64,000 bases of DNA from Candidatus Eiseniibacteriota bacterium (GCA_963783375.1 CAWANH010000028.1:704001-768000), one strand, 5' to 3'. Positions 9,836 through 21,099 are shown, counted from the first letter of the stretch. Program-made: numbers and translations. Notes: a model not told the origin generated them from the sequence alone.

Positions 9836-12142
9836 CTACCCGACCGGCACCGGCTCCTTCTTCGCCGGGGCCTCGGGGCCGCGCGCACCCTGGCGCCGGG
9901 CCGCCTCCGCCGCGGCGATCGCCGACATGTTCACCACCTCGGACGCCCCGAACCCGGGGTACTGCACGATCAGGACCGGCTTGTTCATGCCGACCAGGAT
10001 CGGGCCCAGGGCCTCGGCGTTGCCGAGCCGGTTCACCAGCTTGTAGGCGATGTTCCCCGCCTCCAGGTTCGGGAAGATGAGCACGTTGGCCCCGCCCTTG
10101 AGCGGCGAGAACGGGAAGTTCTGGGCCAACAGCTCCGGCACCACCGCGGCGTCGGCCTGGATCTCGCCGTCCACCACGATGTCCGGGTGGCGCTCGGCCA
10201 GGAGCTTCGCCGCCTGGGCCATCTTCACCGTGCGGGGGTCGCGGACGCTCCCGAAGTTGGAGAACGACAGCATCGCCACCCGAGGCGTCATCTCGAACAT
10301 CCGGGCCTCTTCCGCCACCAGGTAGGCGATCTCGGCCAGCTCCTCGGCGTTCGGGTCGATGTTCACGGTGGTGTCCGCGAACACGTAGGCGCTGTCCCGG
10401 GTCAACAGCACGAACATCCCGGCGATCGACTTCACGCCGGGGCGGGTGCCGATGATCTGGAGCGAGGGCCGGAGCGCCTCGGGGTAGCTCAGGGTGATGC
10501 CGTTCACCAGGGCGTCGCCGTCTCCCTGCCGCACCATCATCGGACCGTAGTACTGCGGTCGCACCATGAGCCGGCGGGCGTTGAACGGGGTCGCCCCCTT
10601 CCGCTGGCGTAACTCGTAGAAGGCCTGAACGTACTCGTCGAGCTTGGGCGAGCGCGCGGGCTCGAGGATCTCGACCCCGTCCAGCGGGACCTCCTCGGCC
10701 CGGGCCACCGCCTCGATGACCTCGCGGCGGCCGAGCAGGATCGGCACCGCGATCTCCTGATCCACCACCATGTGGGCGGCGCGAATGATGGTCGGGTGCT
10801 CGCCCTCGGGGTAAACCAGCCGTTCCTTGGCGGTCCGCGCCTTGGTGATCATGACCCGCACCACCGCCTTGGTCCGGCCGAGCCGGGCCTCGAGCTTCTC
10901 CTTGTACTCGTCGAGATCCACCGGCGCCCGGGCCACCCCGTCCTTCATGGCCTGGCCGGCCACCGCCGAGGCCTCCCAGATGAGCACCCGGTGGTCGAAG
11001 GGCTTGGGGATGATGTAGTCGGGGCCGAAGTGGATGCGGTCCCCGCCGTAGGCCCGCGCCACCTCGTCGGGCACGTCCTCCCGGGCCAGGTCGGCCAGGG
11101 CGTGGCTGGCCGCCACCTTCATGTTCTCGGTGATGCTCCGGGCCCGCACGTCCAGGGCGCCCCGGAAGATGAACGGGAAGCCCAGCACGTTGTTCACCTG
11201 GTTCGGATAGTCGGAGCGCCCGGTGGCCACCAGGACGTCGTCCCGGGCCGCCTTGGCGTCCTCGTAGGTGATCTCGGGATCCGGGTTGGCCAGGGCGAAG
11301 ATGACCGGCCGCTCGTTCATGGACCGGACCATATCCTGGCTGAGCGCCCCCTTCACCGAGCAGCCCAGGAACACGTCGGCGCCCTTGATGGCTTCGGCCA
11401 GGGTGCGAAGCTCCCGCTGGGTGGCCCAGCGTTCCTTGTAGGGATTCATCCCCTCCTTACGCCCGGCGTAGACCACCCCCTTGGTGTCGCAGAGGACCAC
11501 GTTCTCCTTGCGGGCCCCCAGGTTCACGTAGTGGGCGGCGCAGGCGATCCCGCTGGCCCCGGCGCCGTTCACCACGATCCGCACGTCCTCGATCCGCTTC
11601 TTGAGGATCTTGAGCGCGTTCAACAGTGCCGCCCCGGAGATGATCGCGGTCCCGTGCTGGTCGTCGTGGAAGACCGGAATGTCCATCCGCTCGCGGAGGG
11701 TCTCCTCGATATAGAAACACTCGGGGGCCTTGATGTCCTCGAGGTTGATCCCCCCGAAGGTGGGCTCCATGAGGGCGACCGCCTCGATGATCTTGTCCGA
11801 GTCCAGCGTGTCCATCTCGATATCGAAGGTGTCGATGTCGGCGAACCGCTTGAAGAGGACTCCCTTTCCCTCCATCACCGGCTTTCCGGCCAGGGCCCCG
11901 ATATTCCCGAGCCCCAGGACCGCGGTGCCGTTGGAGACCACCGCCACCAGGTTCCCCTTGGCCGTGTACTCGAAGGCCAGGGACGGGTCCTTCTCGATTT
12001 CCAGGCAGGGGACGGCCACCCCGGGCGTGTAGGCCAGCGACAGCTCGTGCTGGGTGCTGCACGGCTTGGTGGGAACCACCTCGATCTTTCCCTTCCGTCC
12101 CCGGCGGTGGTAGTCGAGGGCTTCCTGCTTCGTAACGCTCAT
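9836..12142 (-). CDS. maeB: NADP-dependent malic enzyme with phosphotransacetylase-like C-terminal domain
   Basis: [46 protein letters not shown] plus a PTA-like domain; 768 aa. Confidence 0.97.
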   Translation of the reverse strand: MSVTKQEALDYHRRGRKGKIEVVPTKPCSTQHELSLAYTPGVAVPCLEIEKDPSLAFEYTAKGNLVAVVSNGTAVLGLGNIGALAGKPVMEGKGVLFKRFADIDTFDIEMDTLDSDKIIEAVALMEPTFGGINLEDIKAPECFYIEETLRERMDIPVFHDDQHGTAIISGAALLNALKILKKRIEDVRIVVNGAGASGIACAAHYVNLGARKENVVLCDTKGVVYAGRKEGMNPYKERWATQRELRTLAEAIKGADVFLGCSVKGALSQDMVRSMNERPVIFALANPDPEITYEDAKAARDDVLVATGRSDYPNQVNNVLGFPFIFRGALDVRARSITENMKVAASHALADLAREDVPDEVARAYGGDRIHFGPDYIIPKPFDHRVLIWEASAVAGQAMKDGVARAPVDLDEYKEKLEARLGRTKAVVRVMITKARTAKERLVYPEGEHPTIIRAAHMVVDQEIAVPILLGRREVIEAVARAEEVPLDGVEILEPARSPKLDEYVQAFYELRQRKGATPFNARRLMVRPQYYGPMMVRQGDGDALVNGITLSYPEALRPSLQIIGTRPGVKSIAGMFVLLTRDSAYVFADTTVNIDPNAEELAEIAYLVAEEARMFEMTPRVAMLSFSNFGSVRDPRTVKMAQAAKLLAERHPDIVVDGEIQADAAVVPELLAQNFPFSPLKGGANVLIFPNLEAGNIAYKLVNRLGNAEALGPILVGMNKPVLIVQYPGFGASEVVNMSAIAAAEAARRQGARGPEAPAKKEPVPVG

Positions 12143-12460
12143 TTCAAGGCTCCTTGGTCGGAATGCACAGTGGGTTCAACTGAGCATAGGTCCGCGCGGG
12201 GCCCGGGTGGCCTCCGTTTTCTGGATTCGGCACTTACACGCGACCGCTCTCCCGGGGGGGCCTCGACGATCGTTCCGGTCGGGTTGGGGGGGCCGGCGGG
12301 CCCCCGGAGGGCCTACGGGCCTCCGGGCCCGCCCGCTCACCGTCCCCGAGGCCTCGGCGGGCGCGCGCCGGCGCCGGGGGGGCGCCCGGGATGGGGTTAC
12401 AGGAACCGTCCCCGGCCTCTATGATGCCTTTACCCCGGACACGCCCCCGGAAAGGAGTCG

Positions 12461-13459
12461 ATGCCCATGTCCAACGGCGGCTTCAGCGGCCAACCCAACC
12501 TCCAGGTCCCCAAGATCCCGGCCTCCGTCCTGCGCGGCCTGGTGATCGGGATCCTGGCCGTCATTCTCTTCGTGTCGAGCTTCTACACCGTGGATCCCGA
12601 GCAGGTCGGCCTGGTGCTCCGGTTCGGGAAGTTCGTGCGATCCACCGACCCCGGCCTCCACATGAAGCTCCCCTTCGGGGTCGAATCGGTCACCAAGGTT
12701 CCGGTCCAGCGCCAGCTCAAGGAGGAGTTCGGCTTCCGAACCACCCGGGCCGACGTCCGGAGCCAGTACTCCACCGGCGACTACCGCCAGGAGTCCGGGA
12801 TGCTCACCGGCGACCTCAACTCCGCCCAGGTGGAGTGGGTGGTCCAGTACCGGGTGGTCGATCCCTACAAGTACCTCTTCCGGGTGCGAAACGTCACCGA
12901 GACCTTCCGGGCCATGAGCGAGGCGGTGATGCGGAAGGTGGTGGGCGACCGCACCGTGAACGAGATCCTGACCGTGGGCCGCCAGGAGGCGGCGGACCTC
13001 GCCAAGCAGCACCTCCAGGACCTCTGCGAGCAGTACGAGACGGGGATCAAGGTGGAGCAGGTGGTGCTCCAGGACGTGAACCCGCCCGATGCGGTGAAGC
13101 CCTCCTTCAACGAGGTCAACCAGGCCCAGCAGGAGAAGGAGAAGCTCATCAACGAGGCTCAGTCCCTGTACAACCAGGTGATTCCCAAGGCCAAGGGCCA
13201 GGCGCTCCAGACCATTCAGGAAGCCGAGGGATACGCCCTGGACCGGGTGAACCGCGCCAGCGGCGACTCCGCGCGGTTCGTGAGCGTCTACGACGCGTAC
13301 CTCAAGGCCCCCGAGGTCACCCGGAAGCGGATCTACCTGGAGACCATGAACGACGTTCTGCCCAAGGTCGAACGGAAGATCATCGTGGACGAGAAGGTGA
13401 GGGGGCTCCTCCCGCTCCTGAATCTCAACGACACTCCGGCGTCGAAGGGAGGCAACTGA
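12461..13459 (+). CDS. hflK: FtsH protease modulator HflK
   Basis: SPFH domain, MLTGDLN, LQDVNPP, APEVTRKRIYLETM. Confidence 0.95.
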   Translation: MPMSNGGFSGQPNLQVPKIPASVLRGLVIGILAVILFVSSFYTVDPEQVGLVLRFGKFVRSTDPGLHMKLPFGVESVTKVPVQRQLKEEFGFRTTRADVRSQYSTGDYRQESGMLTGDLNSAQVEWVVQYRVVDPYKYLFRVRNVTETFRAMSEAVMRKVVGDRTVNEILTVGRQEAADLAKQHLQDLCEQYETGIKVEQVVLQDVNPPDAVKPSFNEVNQAQQEKEKLINEAQSLYNQVIPKAKGQALQTIQEAEGYALDRVNRASGDSARFVSVYDAYLKAPEVTRKRIYLETMNDVLPKVERKIIVDEKVRGLLPLLNLNDTPASKGGN

Positions 13460-14391
13460 TGAAGCCGCTCGTGATCATCGTCGGCATCGTGGCGCTCATC
13501 GCGTTGGCCAATACCTTCTACGTGGTGAACGAGTACGACCAGGTCATCATCACCCAGTTCGGAAAGCCGGTGGGAGGGACCATCGACAAGCCCGGGCTCA
13601 AGGTGAAGGCCCCCTTCATCCAGAAGGTGAACCGCTTCGACAAGCGTTTCCTGGAGTGGGACGGAAATTCCAACCAGCTTCCCACCAAGGACAAAAGATT
13701 CATCTACGTGGACACCTATGCGCGCTGGAAGATCACCGACCCGCTCCTCTTCTTCCAGCGGCTCAAGAACGAGCGCGGGGCCCAGACCCGGCTCGACGAC
13801 ATCCTGGACGGCGAGACCCGGAACGCCATCGCCAAGCACGACCTGGTGGAGCTCATCCGGAGCACCAACCGCGTGCCCGAGCAGAGCGAGCTGATCCCCG
13901 AGGACTCCTCGGTGCTGGACACCATCCAGTACGGCCGGGAGAAGATCCGCCAGGAGGTTCTCACCGCCGCCCAGGCCCGCACCACGGACCTGGGGATCGA
14001 GGTGCTGGACCTCCAGTTCAAGCGGATCAATTACGTGGAGGAGGTGCGGAAGAAGGTCTACGAGCGGATGATCGCCGAGCGCCAGCGGATCGCCGAGCGG
14101 TTCCGTTCCGAGGGGGCGGGCGAGGCGTCGCGGATCCAGGGCGAGCGGGACCGGGAGCTGAAGCGCATCCAGTCCGAGGCCTACCGGCAGGCCGAGGAGA
14201 TCAAGGGCGACGCCGACGCCAAGGCCACCCGGATCTACGCCCAGGCCTACAACCGCTCCGCCGATTCCCGGGAGTTCTACTCGTTCATGCGCACCATGGA
14301 GAGCTACGAGAACACCCTGGACGCCCAGAGCTGGCTCATCCTCTCCACCGACGGGGAGTTCTACCGGCTTCTGAAGAGGTCCCAGCGCTGA
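13459..14391 (+). CDS. hflC: FtsH protease modulator HflC
   Basis: TGATG coupling to hflK; QFGKPV, TKDKRFIYVD, RMIAERQRIAERFRSEG, EFYSFMRTMESY. Confidence 0.95.
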   Translation: MKPLVIIVGIVALIALANTFYVVNEYDQVIITQFGKPVGGTIDKPGLKVKAPFIQKVNRFDKRFLEWDGNSNQLPTKDKRFIYVDTYARWKITDPLLFFQRLKNERGAQTRLDDILDGETRNAIAKHDLVELIRSTNRVPEQSELIPEDSSVLDTIQYGREKIRQEVLTAAQARTTDLGIEVLDLQFKRINYVEEVRKKVYERMIAERQRIAERFRSEGAGEASRIQGERDRELKRIQSEAYRQAEEIKGDADAKATRIYAQAYNRSADSREFYSFMRTMESYENTLDAQSWLILSTDGEFYRLLKRSQR

Positions 14392-14417
14392 ACGGGGGCG
14401 GACATCCGGGCCGCCGG

Positions 14418-16766
14418 TCAGCCGCCCGCCGTAGGGGGCGGTTCCTGAACCGTCCGGGGTGATTCGGGGAGATAGGCCCGGAGCACGGCCAGGGACAGGC
14501 GGGCCAGGCGGCTGTTGCTCTCGTAGACGAAGTAGGACCCCTCCCAGTCCGGGCGGAACTTGTTCTTGTACTCGAACAGCGTCCGAAAGTTGTAGACCGC
14601 GTCGCCGTGCTCGTAGACCAGGCGGAGGGCGCGGGCGAGGAGGGACTCGTCGCCGGCGCCGTCCTGGCCCAGGTCCGCCAGGGGGGCCACGGCCAGGCTG
14701 GCCGCGCCATACCCCCGCTCCTTGAAGGCCAGGAACGAGGCGGCGATCAGGAATTCCATGACCCCCTTCATGGCGTCCTCGCGCCGGCGCATGAGGTCGA
14801 TGACCCAGCCTCGGGAGGCATAGCAGGGGAGCCAGTCGGTGAACGCCTGCACCCTCCCCCCCCCATCCACCGCCACCGTGACGGTGACGTTCGGGTCGTT
14901 CAGGCCCTCCACCCCGCCCAGGGTGAACCCCATGGGGGGGAGTTTCCGGCCACGAAGCCACTCCTCCGAGATCTCGTGGAGCTGGGCCAGGATCGGCCGG
15001 GGGACACCCCCCCCTTCGTAGAGCTCGAATCGCACCCCCGCCCGCGCCGCCTTGTTGAGCGCGGTCCGCGTGTCCTGCCAGGCCTTCCCCTTGAACTCCA
15101 GATCGGCCAGGGGGACGATCGCCTCCTCGCCGACCTTGAGCACCCGGTAGCCCGCCTCGCGGTAAACGGGAAGGAGGTCGGGGCCGGCGGCGTAGAACGC
15201 GTGGTCCCACCCCTGGGACCGGGCGAACCGGCCGAAGGCCAGCGCGGTCTCCGGCCGGACCGCGTCGGGGCCGATCGGGTCCCCCAGGGCCAGCGCCACC
15301 TCCGCGGCGTGCCGGTAGCCCACGTAGGCGGTCCTCCGTTCGTTGAAGAAGAGGCTGTTCCCCTCCCACAGGGTCATGTAGGACGTGCCGGAGCGGCCGT
15401 ACCGGGTGAGGATCGCCCCCGCGTCCTCCATGTCGGTGTGCGTCCGCCGAGGCGCCACCATCCCGCGGAGCAGCATGACCAGGGCGTAGAGGATCCCCGT
15501 CCAACCCACGATGGGAATGGAGTTCAGGAACCAGATCCCCTTCCGGGTCACCGGCTCCACCGTGGTGAGCCCGGAGAAGAGAAGCCGCGCGCCGGACTCC
15601 CTGAGGGCGATGTAGACCGTGTGACCTCCGGCGAGGTGGTAGCGGAAGAGGTGGAACCCCACCAGCGAATACAGGGGAAGAAGGATCATCACCAGCAGGA
15701 GCGCCCGGTAGCCCTGACGGAGGCTCGGGGGGTCGGTCGGCGCGGCGAAGGAGCCTCGCCAGGCGATCAGCAGGGCCAGGAGCGCCGCCCCCAGAAGGGA
15801 CTCCGGCCAGTCGGGGCCCTTGATCAGATGGAGAACTGCCGACGCGGACAGGGCCGCCGCGGTGAACATCCAGGCCTGGCGTTTCCCGCGGGAGAGACCG
15901 TCGGCCAGGATGAGAAGCGCGAACCCGAGGACCAGGGTCAGGTGCCGGCTTCCGTGGCGGACGGCCAGGGGGACGGCGTCGGCCATCCAGTGGACGAGCG
16001 GATAGCGGGGAGCGATGACCGAGGACAGGACGGTGACCAGCCCCGCTCCCGCCACCAGCCACGCCGCCACCACCGGCCGCTCCCGCCCGCCGATCCGGAG
16101 CCGGGGCATGCTCAGGGGCCAGCGCTCGCCCCGCCGGCGGAGGAAGAACCAACCCCAACCCAGCCCGGCGCTGTAGGCGAACACGTGGTTCACGTCCCAG
16201 ACCCTTCGATCGAAGGCCAGGAAGAGGACGAGATAGATCCAGATGGTCCAGAAGGCGGCCCGGCTGAAGCGCCGGGTGAGAAACGGCACCGCCGCCCCCA
16301 TGGCTCCGAACATCATGGCCGAGGCTCCCACGTCGGGGCCGTGGGTCATGCGGAGCGCCCAGGCCACCCGGGCGTCGGCGAGGGGCCAGAGGAGGAGGTA
16401 GGTCCCGGTGTAGCCCGCCAGCAGGGTGGTCCAGGAGACCAGCGCCGTCCTCCAGGTGCCGAGCACGTATTCGCAGGTCCCCACCCCGAGGAGCACGAAC
16501 AGGGTGATGGAGAGGACCATGTAGGGGCGATAGACCTGGAAGGGAACCAGGAAGAGCGTGTGGAACGCTCCGGTTCTGAGGTCATCCAGACCGAAACCCC
16601 ACTCACCGAGGAGCCTGGGCGTGATGGGGTGCATCATGGTCCGGGTGACCCCGGTCACGGCGAGGATGCCGGCCAGCATGAACAGGGTGAAGGGGACCCG
16701 GCTGACCAGGATCCGCAGGTCGGCCGGCGCGGATCGTCGGGGGACCAGGAGTTGGGAGAGCGCCAC
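14418..16766 (-). CDS. Aminoacyl-phosphatidylglycerol synthase-like protein (DUF2156/MprF C-terminal domain) with N-terminal rhomboid-like membrane domain
   Basis: LGDPIG, KVGEEA, MGFTLG, IDLMRR, LAVAPLA, YNFRTLFEYKNKFRPDW; N-terminal TM region with DVGAS and a later His. Confidence 0.88.
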   Translation of the reverse strand: MALSQLLVPRRSAPADLRILVSRVPFTLFMLAGILAVTGVTRTMMHPITPRLLGEWGFGLDDLRTGAFHTLFLVPFQVYRPYMVLSITLFVLLGVGTCEYVLGTWRTALVSWTTLLAGYTGTYLLLWPLADARVAWALRMTHGPDVGASAMMFGAMGAAVPFLTRRFSRAAFWTIWIYLVLFLAFDRRVWDVNHVFAYSAGLGWGWFFLRRRGERWPLSMPRLRIGGRERPVVAAWLVAGAGLVTVLSSVIAPRYPLVHWMADAVPLAVRHGSRHLTLVLGFALLILADGLSRGKRQAWMFTAAALSASAVLHLIKGPDWPESLLGAALLALLIAWRGSFAAPTDPPSLRQGYRALLLVMILLPLYSLVGFHLFRYHLAGGHTVYIALRESGARLLFSGLTTVEPVTRKGIWFLNSIPIVGWTGILYALVMLLRGMVAPRRTHTDMEDAGAILTRYGRSGTSYMTLWEGNSLFFNERRTAYVGYRHAAEVALALGDPIGPDAVRPETALAFGRFARSQGWDHAFYAAGPDLLPVYREAGYRVLKVGEEAIVPLADLEFKGKAWQDTRTALNKAARAGVRFELYEGGGVPRPILAQLHEISEEWLRGRKLPPMGFTLGGVEGLNDPNVTVTVAVDGGGRVQAFTDWLPCYASRGWVIDLMRRREDAMKGVMEFLIAASFLAFKERGYGAASLAVAPLADLGQDGAGDESLLARALRLVYEHGDAVYNFRTLFEYKNKFRPDWEGSYFVYESNSRLARLSLAVLRAYLPESPRTVQEPPPTAGG

Positions 16767-16877
16767 GACGAGGCCTCCGGCGGTTCAACCCGGGCGGAGC
16801 TCCCCCCGGGCTGCCAGGCCCGGGCCCTCCACGCGGCGGCGGCGAGCGTTCGAATCACCCGGGCGCCATGAGCATAC

Positions 16878-16910
16878 AGAAAGGCGGGCCCCGTAGATAC
16901 GGGGCCCGCC
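16878..16910 (-). terminator. Intrinsic terminator after the secreted-protein gene
   Basis: GGCGGGCCCCGT/ACGGGGCCCGCC 12-bp stem followed by TTTCT on the minus strand. Confidence 0.7.
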
Positions 16911-16962
16911 GAATCACGTTTCGATCGGCGCCCGGCCGGGCCGGGGGCCTGGAAACCGCAGC

Positions 16963-17639
16963 CTAGTTGTACTGCTGCTTGATGGCGCTCCAGGTCGAGG
17001 GCTCGACCGGGGTGCTCTGGGCGCAAGGCAGGGTGATCGAGGCGTGGGTCGGCGCGGTGGCCGAGACGTCGTCGATCCAGTACTGGGTGGAGCAGCTGTC
17101 GCAGGTGGACGGGCTGCTGTAGAGGCGGGCACTCGACCACCAGGGCCGTCCCGGTGGTCACGTTGGCGTCCAGAGTCCAGGTGTAGCTGATCTCTTCCCA
17201 CCCGATGCCGGCAGCTGTAGGTGCCTCGGACCGCTGGCGCTTCCCGCGTAGCTGTTCACGTCGCCGGTGATTGGCCCAGTGTCCCCAGATCCGGAGGGAG
17301 GGGGAGCCGCCGGGGTGGTCATCGAAGGCCCAGAAGCTCGCGGTCACCGAGTCGCCGTCCGGGAGCCCTTCGATGTAGGCGATGTAGGCCTGGGGGGTCC
17401 CGCTATGGGGATCCTCGGTCAGGGTCAAGGAATGGGTTCCGGTGTGAACCGGGTTCGCCGGGCTGGTCACGTTGGCCACGCCGACCAGGTTGAGCCGTAG
17501 GCTGCCCAGAAGTGGTGCTGGTCCCGTCTTCCCAGCTGCAGCTCTCGGTGTGGGTCGTCTGGGCAGCGGCCAGCATGGGCACTCCGATGATGAGCGCGGC
17601 CGCGGCCAGGGTCACTGCGGCGATTCGTAGCAAACGCAT
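16963..17639 (-). CDS. Secreted CBM-like beta-sandwich protein (~222 aa, frameshifted in this sequence) ending STPVEPSTWSAIKQQYN
   Basis: GGAGG RBS and signal peptide MRLLRIAAV...AAAQ. About 8 extra bases must be removed to give one frame (my reconstruction). PVHTGTHSL...YWIDDV pattern. C-terminus read directly from 17040-16963. Confidence 0.78.
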
Positions 17640-17856
17640 GATGTCAGAACCTCCTTGGGAAAGCTCGCGGTCCCACCCCACACACTCGAATCACGGTTGC
17701 TTTCCGCCGAGGCGGAGCAGGATGGTCCCACCGGTTGCAAGTGGCTTGATTTTAGCAGACTTGGAGGCTTTTTGCCAGCCTCGAATGGGTGATAAAATCG
17801 GTCGGATTGGGCCCGGAGAGCCCGCCATCGAGCCACTCCGGCGGGGGGCCGGATCC

Positions 17857-18664
17857 TCAAACCCACGAATTATTCATCACTTCGCCGAGTCCCCCCGCTC
17901 CCGGGGACGATGTATCCCCGCTCGTTCAGGCCCTTCTCGCGCTCCCAGAACGTCCCCGGGACGGTCCGGAGCACCGCCTCGTCGGAGAGCCCCCGGTCCA
18001 GCCGGAGGGCGTAAACCGTCAACCCGGGGTGCTCGGCGGTCATCCGCCTCAGGTACTCGGGGGTGATGATGAGGTGGATGGCGATCAGCCGCTCGGGGGT
18101 TCCCTCCACCTCCTCCCTGTAGGTCCGGACCGCGGCGGCCATGGAGGACCCGGTCGCCCCCATGGGGTCGGGGAAGAGGACGAACCTGCCGTCCACCGCC
18201 CCCCCGATCTTGGACGCCCCGATCGAGGCCCCGGTCACCCGGTCGTCCGCGTCGGTGGTCCGGGCCACCGCGAAATGGTCCTGGCGCACCCCCTCCGGGT
18301 CGAGGATCTCGTTCAGGGCGTCGAAGCAGACCTGGCTGGGGAGGGTCCCGGCCCGGGCGATGTTCACGGTCACCGCGGTGGACCGGGGATCGATAACCTC
18401 CCCTTCGTACACGCCTTGGGGCGTGCCGGGGAACATCCGGGTCTCGACCCGGGTGGCCAGCCGCGGGAACTCCACGTTCACCACCGCCTGGATGAGCTCC
18501 TGGTAGAGGATGGTCACCAGTCGGTTCACCGCGGGCTGGGTGGTGGACCGGTTGCTCAGGGTGACCAGGTGCGAGAGCAGGAAAGGGTTGGCCAGGATGT
18601 GGACCCGGTCGCCGTACCGGTGCGCCGCTTCGCTGAGCTGGAACCTGAGGGATTCGAACTGCAT
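17857..18664 (-). CDS. upp: Uracil phosphoribosyltransferase, divergent type
   Basis: NIARAG, PDPMGATGSS PRPP loop, LNERGYIVPG. Removing one G from the G6 run near 17891-17896 restores the ending GGLGEVMNNSWV*. Confidence 0.82.
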
Positions 18665-18809
18665 GTCCGGCAAAGCGGCCCTCCCCTGGCCCGACCTGTT
18701 CACGAACCCGCGGCGGCGGCGAGGTCCGGATCCCGACCCGCGGCAGCCCGAGGCTCACAGCCTGACATCACGGGCCCGGGGAGCGCAAGCGCCCGGCATC
18801 TACAATTTG

Positions 18810-18836
18810 TTGACGGGAGATTCAATGTGCTAACTT
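18810..18836 (+). promoter_or_regulatory. Possible sigma70 extended -10 promoter for the peroxidase gene
   Basis: TTGACG followed by TGc-TAACTT; the 15-bp spacer is short. Confidence 0.35.
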
Positions 18837-18887
18837 AGGGCGGTTTTTTGTGGGATCCGAACGTCGTTTCGAAACGGGAGGCCTCGC

Positions 18888-20339
18888 ATGTATCGTCGCG
18901 CGTTCTACATCTTTCTCCTGACGGCCCTGGCTGCGGTGGCGGCGAACTGCGGGGACGACAACGGCTCCGCTCCGAAGGTCGACGAGTACCAGGCCCTGAT
19001 CCAGCAGTTCGACCTCTCCCCGGTGCCCTCGATCCCGTACCCCCAGAACAACCGGTTCAACGCCGAGCGGGTGGCCCTGGGCCGGCTGCTCTTCTTCGAC
19101 CCCATCCTCGGGGGGGAGTCGGCCCCGTGGATCAAGCGGGCGGCCGGAAAGGACCCGTACCGCTACCGGGCCAACGACGTGGCCTGCGCCACCTGCCACC
19201 TCCCGGCCTTCGGGTTCGCGGACGGCCGGCGATTGGGGGCGGGGGTCGGCGGAGCGCACCTCCGGGACCTCGATCTGGGCCCCGACCGCGTGGTGCCGGG
19301 GACGTCGCTGGTGACCGGGTTCCCGGTGGGAACCGAACCCCGCAACTCCATGAGCGTGCTCGACGCCGCCTGCAACGGCAAGGACTCCAACGTCCCGGTG
19401 GTCGAGAGCTTCCAGTTCATGGACGGGCGGGTGACCAAGGGGCTCGAGCAGCAGGCGGGGCTCCCCATCACCTCGCGGGATGAGATGCGCGGCGACGCCT
19501 ACGGGGCTCCCGAGCTGGGAGACGCCCTCACCCAGACCGACATCCAGGACAGCGTGGCCGCCCGGGTGAGCCAAATCCCCGAGTACGTGGCCCGGTTCGA
19601 GCAGGCGTTCGCTGGGGAGGTGACCAGGCCCTCGGACATCACCATCGACCACGTCACCCGGGCCATCGCCGCCTACGAACGCGAGCTGGTCACCCCCAAC
19701 TCGCGCTACGACCAGTTCCTGCTCGGAAATCGCGACGCCCTGAACGATGTCGAACAGGAGGGGTTCAAGCTCTTCTTCACCAAGGGCAAGTGCGGCGCCT
19801 GTCACAACGGACCCATGCTCGCCGACTACAGCTTCCGGGTCCAGGGAGTGGGCGACGACTACGACTCCATCATCCCCGGCTTCGGGGGAAAGAACGGCCA
19901 GGGGCAGGACTGGGGCCGCTTCCACGCCCCCGGTTTCGATCAGGACCAGTACAAGTACCAGTTCCGGGTGGCCACCATCCGGAACGTGGAGCTCACCGCG
20001 CCCTATTTCCACAGCGGGAGCGCGGGCACGTTGCGGGAGGTGGTCGAGTTCTACAACCGGGGGGCGCGGGGAACCCAGGACGTTTCCCAGACCGCCCTGG
20101 ACGCGGTGGGGGCGGTCCGCGATCCCGCCATCACCCCGCTCGGGCTCACCGGCGCGGAGATGGACGCCATCACCGCCTTCATGAAGAGCACCACCGCCCC
20201 GGTCCAGATGGGGCCCCTGGGGCTGGATCTCACCCGGGTGCCGGAGCGGGTTCCCAGCGGGCTGCTGCCGCCGGGCATTCCCACCCCTCCGGGGCCGGGA
20301 CCCTTCTACCCTCCCTCGCGCAGGATCGACCTGGAGTAG
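18888..20339 (+). CDS. Di-heme cytochrome c peroxidase/MauG family lipoprotein
   Basis: Lipobox-like AANC, LGRLLFFDP, CATCH and CGACH heme motifs, FMDGR, IRNVELTAPYFH. Confidence 0.92.
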   Translation: MYRRAFYIFLLTALAAVAANCGDDNGSAPKVDEYQALIQQFDLSPVPSIPYPQNNRFNAERVALGRLLFFDPILGGESAPWIKRAAGKDPYRYRANDVACATCHLPAFGFADGRRLGAGVGGAHLRDLDLGPDRVVPGTSLVTGFPVGTEPRNSMSVLDAACNGKDSNVPVVESFQFMDGRVTKGLEQQAGLPITSRDEMRGDAYGAPELGDALTQTDIQDSVAARVSQIPEYVARFEQAFAGEVTRPSDITIDHVTRAIAAYERELVTPNSRYDQFLLGNRDALNDVEQEGFKLFFTKGKCGACHNGPMLADYSFRVQGVGDDYDSIIPGFGGKNGQGQDWGRFHAPGFDQDQYKYQFRVATIRNVELTAPYFHSGSAGTLREVVEFYNRGARGTQDVSQTALDAVGAVRDPAITPLGLTGAEMDAITAFMKSTTAPVQMGPLGLDLTRVPERVPSGLLPPGIPTPPGPGPFYPPSRRIDLE

Positions 20340-20367
20340 CCGGCCGCCGTCGGGTCTCCCCCGGGAG

Positions 20368-20961
20368 CTACTCTCCGGAGATCCCCATCTCCTCCTGCCC
20401 GATGACCTCGCGCCGGAAGCAGGCCCGGCAGCGGGGCTCGTAGGCGTCCCCCGCCCCCACCTGGATCGTGTCGCGGCTCCCGCGCAAGCGCTGGGAGCGG
20501 TTGGCGGGGTTTCCGCATCGGACGCAGATGGCGAGGTTCTTGGTCACGTACTCCGCCACGCAGAGGAGGCTCGGGATGACCCCGAAGGGGTTCCCCAGGT
20601 AATCCTGATCCAGGGCGGCGACGATCACCCGGTGGTTCCGGTCGGCAAGGTCCTCGCAGACCGGGACCAGCTTCTCGTCGAAGAACTGGGCCTCGTCGAT
20701 CCCCACTATCTGGGTGTCCGATTCGAGATGGCGGTAGATGTCCCCGATCTTCTCCAGGGGCACCGCCTCCAGGGTACGCCGGTCGTGGGAGGCGATGCGT
20801 CGCTCGGAGTACCGGTTGTCCAGCCGCGGCTTGAAGAGCTGGACCTTCTGGCGGGCGTACTGGGCGCGGCGGGCGCGACGGATGAGTTCCTCGGTCTTCC
20901 CCGAGAACATGCTCCCGCAGATGACCTCGATCCAGCCGATATCCTTGGGCACGTGGTGCAC
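20368..20961 (-). CDS. tdk: Thymidine kinase
   Basis: GSMFSGKTEELIRR, IDEAQFF, C-terminal Zn-binding cysteines, YEPRCRAC. Confidence 0.97.
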   Translation of the reverse strand: MHHVPKDIGWIEVICGSMFSGKTEELIRRARRAQYARQKVQLFKPRLDNRYSERRIASHDRRTLEAVPLEKIGDIYRHLESDTQIVGIDEAQFFDEKLVPVCEDLADRNHRVIVAALDQDYLGNPFGVIPSLLCVAEYVTKNLAICVRCGNPANRSQRLRGSRDTIQVGAGDAYEPRCRACFRREVIGQEEMGISGE

Positions 20962-21099
20962 GACGCAATCTCCGGGCGAGCTCGTGGCCCGTCCGCCCGG
21001 AGCCGGGGGCGGGCGGGGTGAACGAATTACCCGGAGAAGGTATCATTGTAGGCGGCCGGTCGGCACGCATCGAATGCAATCATCGCGTCGGGGTGGAAT

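Noticed and set aside
9249-9888. ORFs with a shared peptide (TLLRALLRRNG) also seen at 50342-51220
   Set aside because: The similarity comes from the DNA repeat; there is no consistent start, stop or codon bias.
13333-16158. Long alternative-frame and antisense ORFs (also 14607-16871, 24531-26570, 29774-31987, 21043-22971)
   Set aside because: They are Arg/Gly/Pro-rich or mirror-frame shadows expected in high-GC DNA and overlap well-supported genes.
14418-17639. Rhomboid-like fusion as the sortase for the TW tail of the upstream gene
   Set aside because: A terminator separates the genes, the tail has no TM helix for intramembrane cleavage, and adjacency is the only support.
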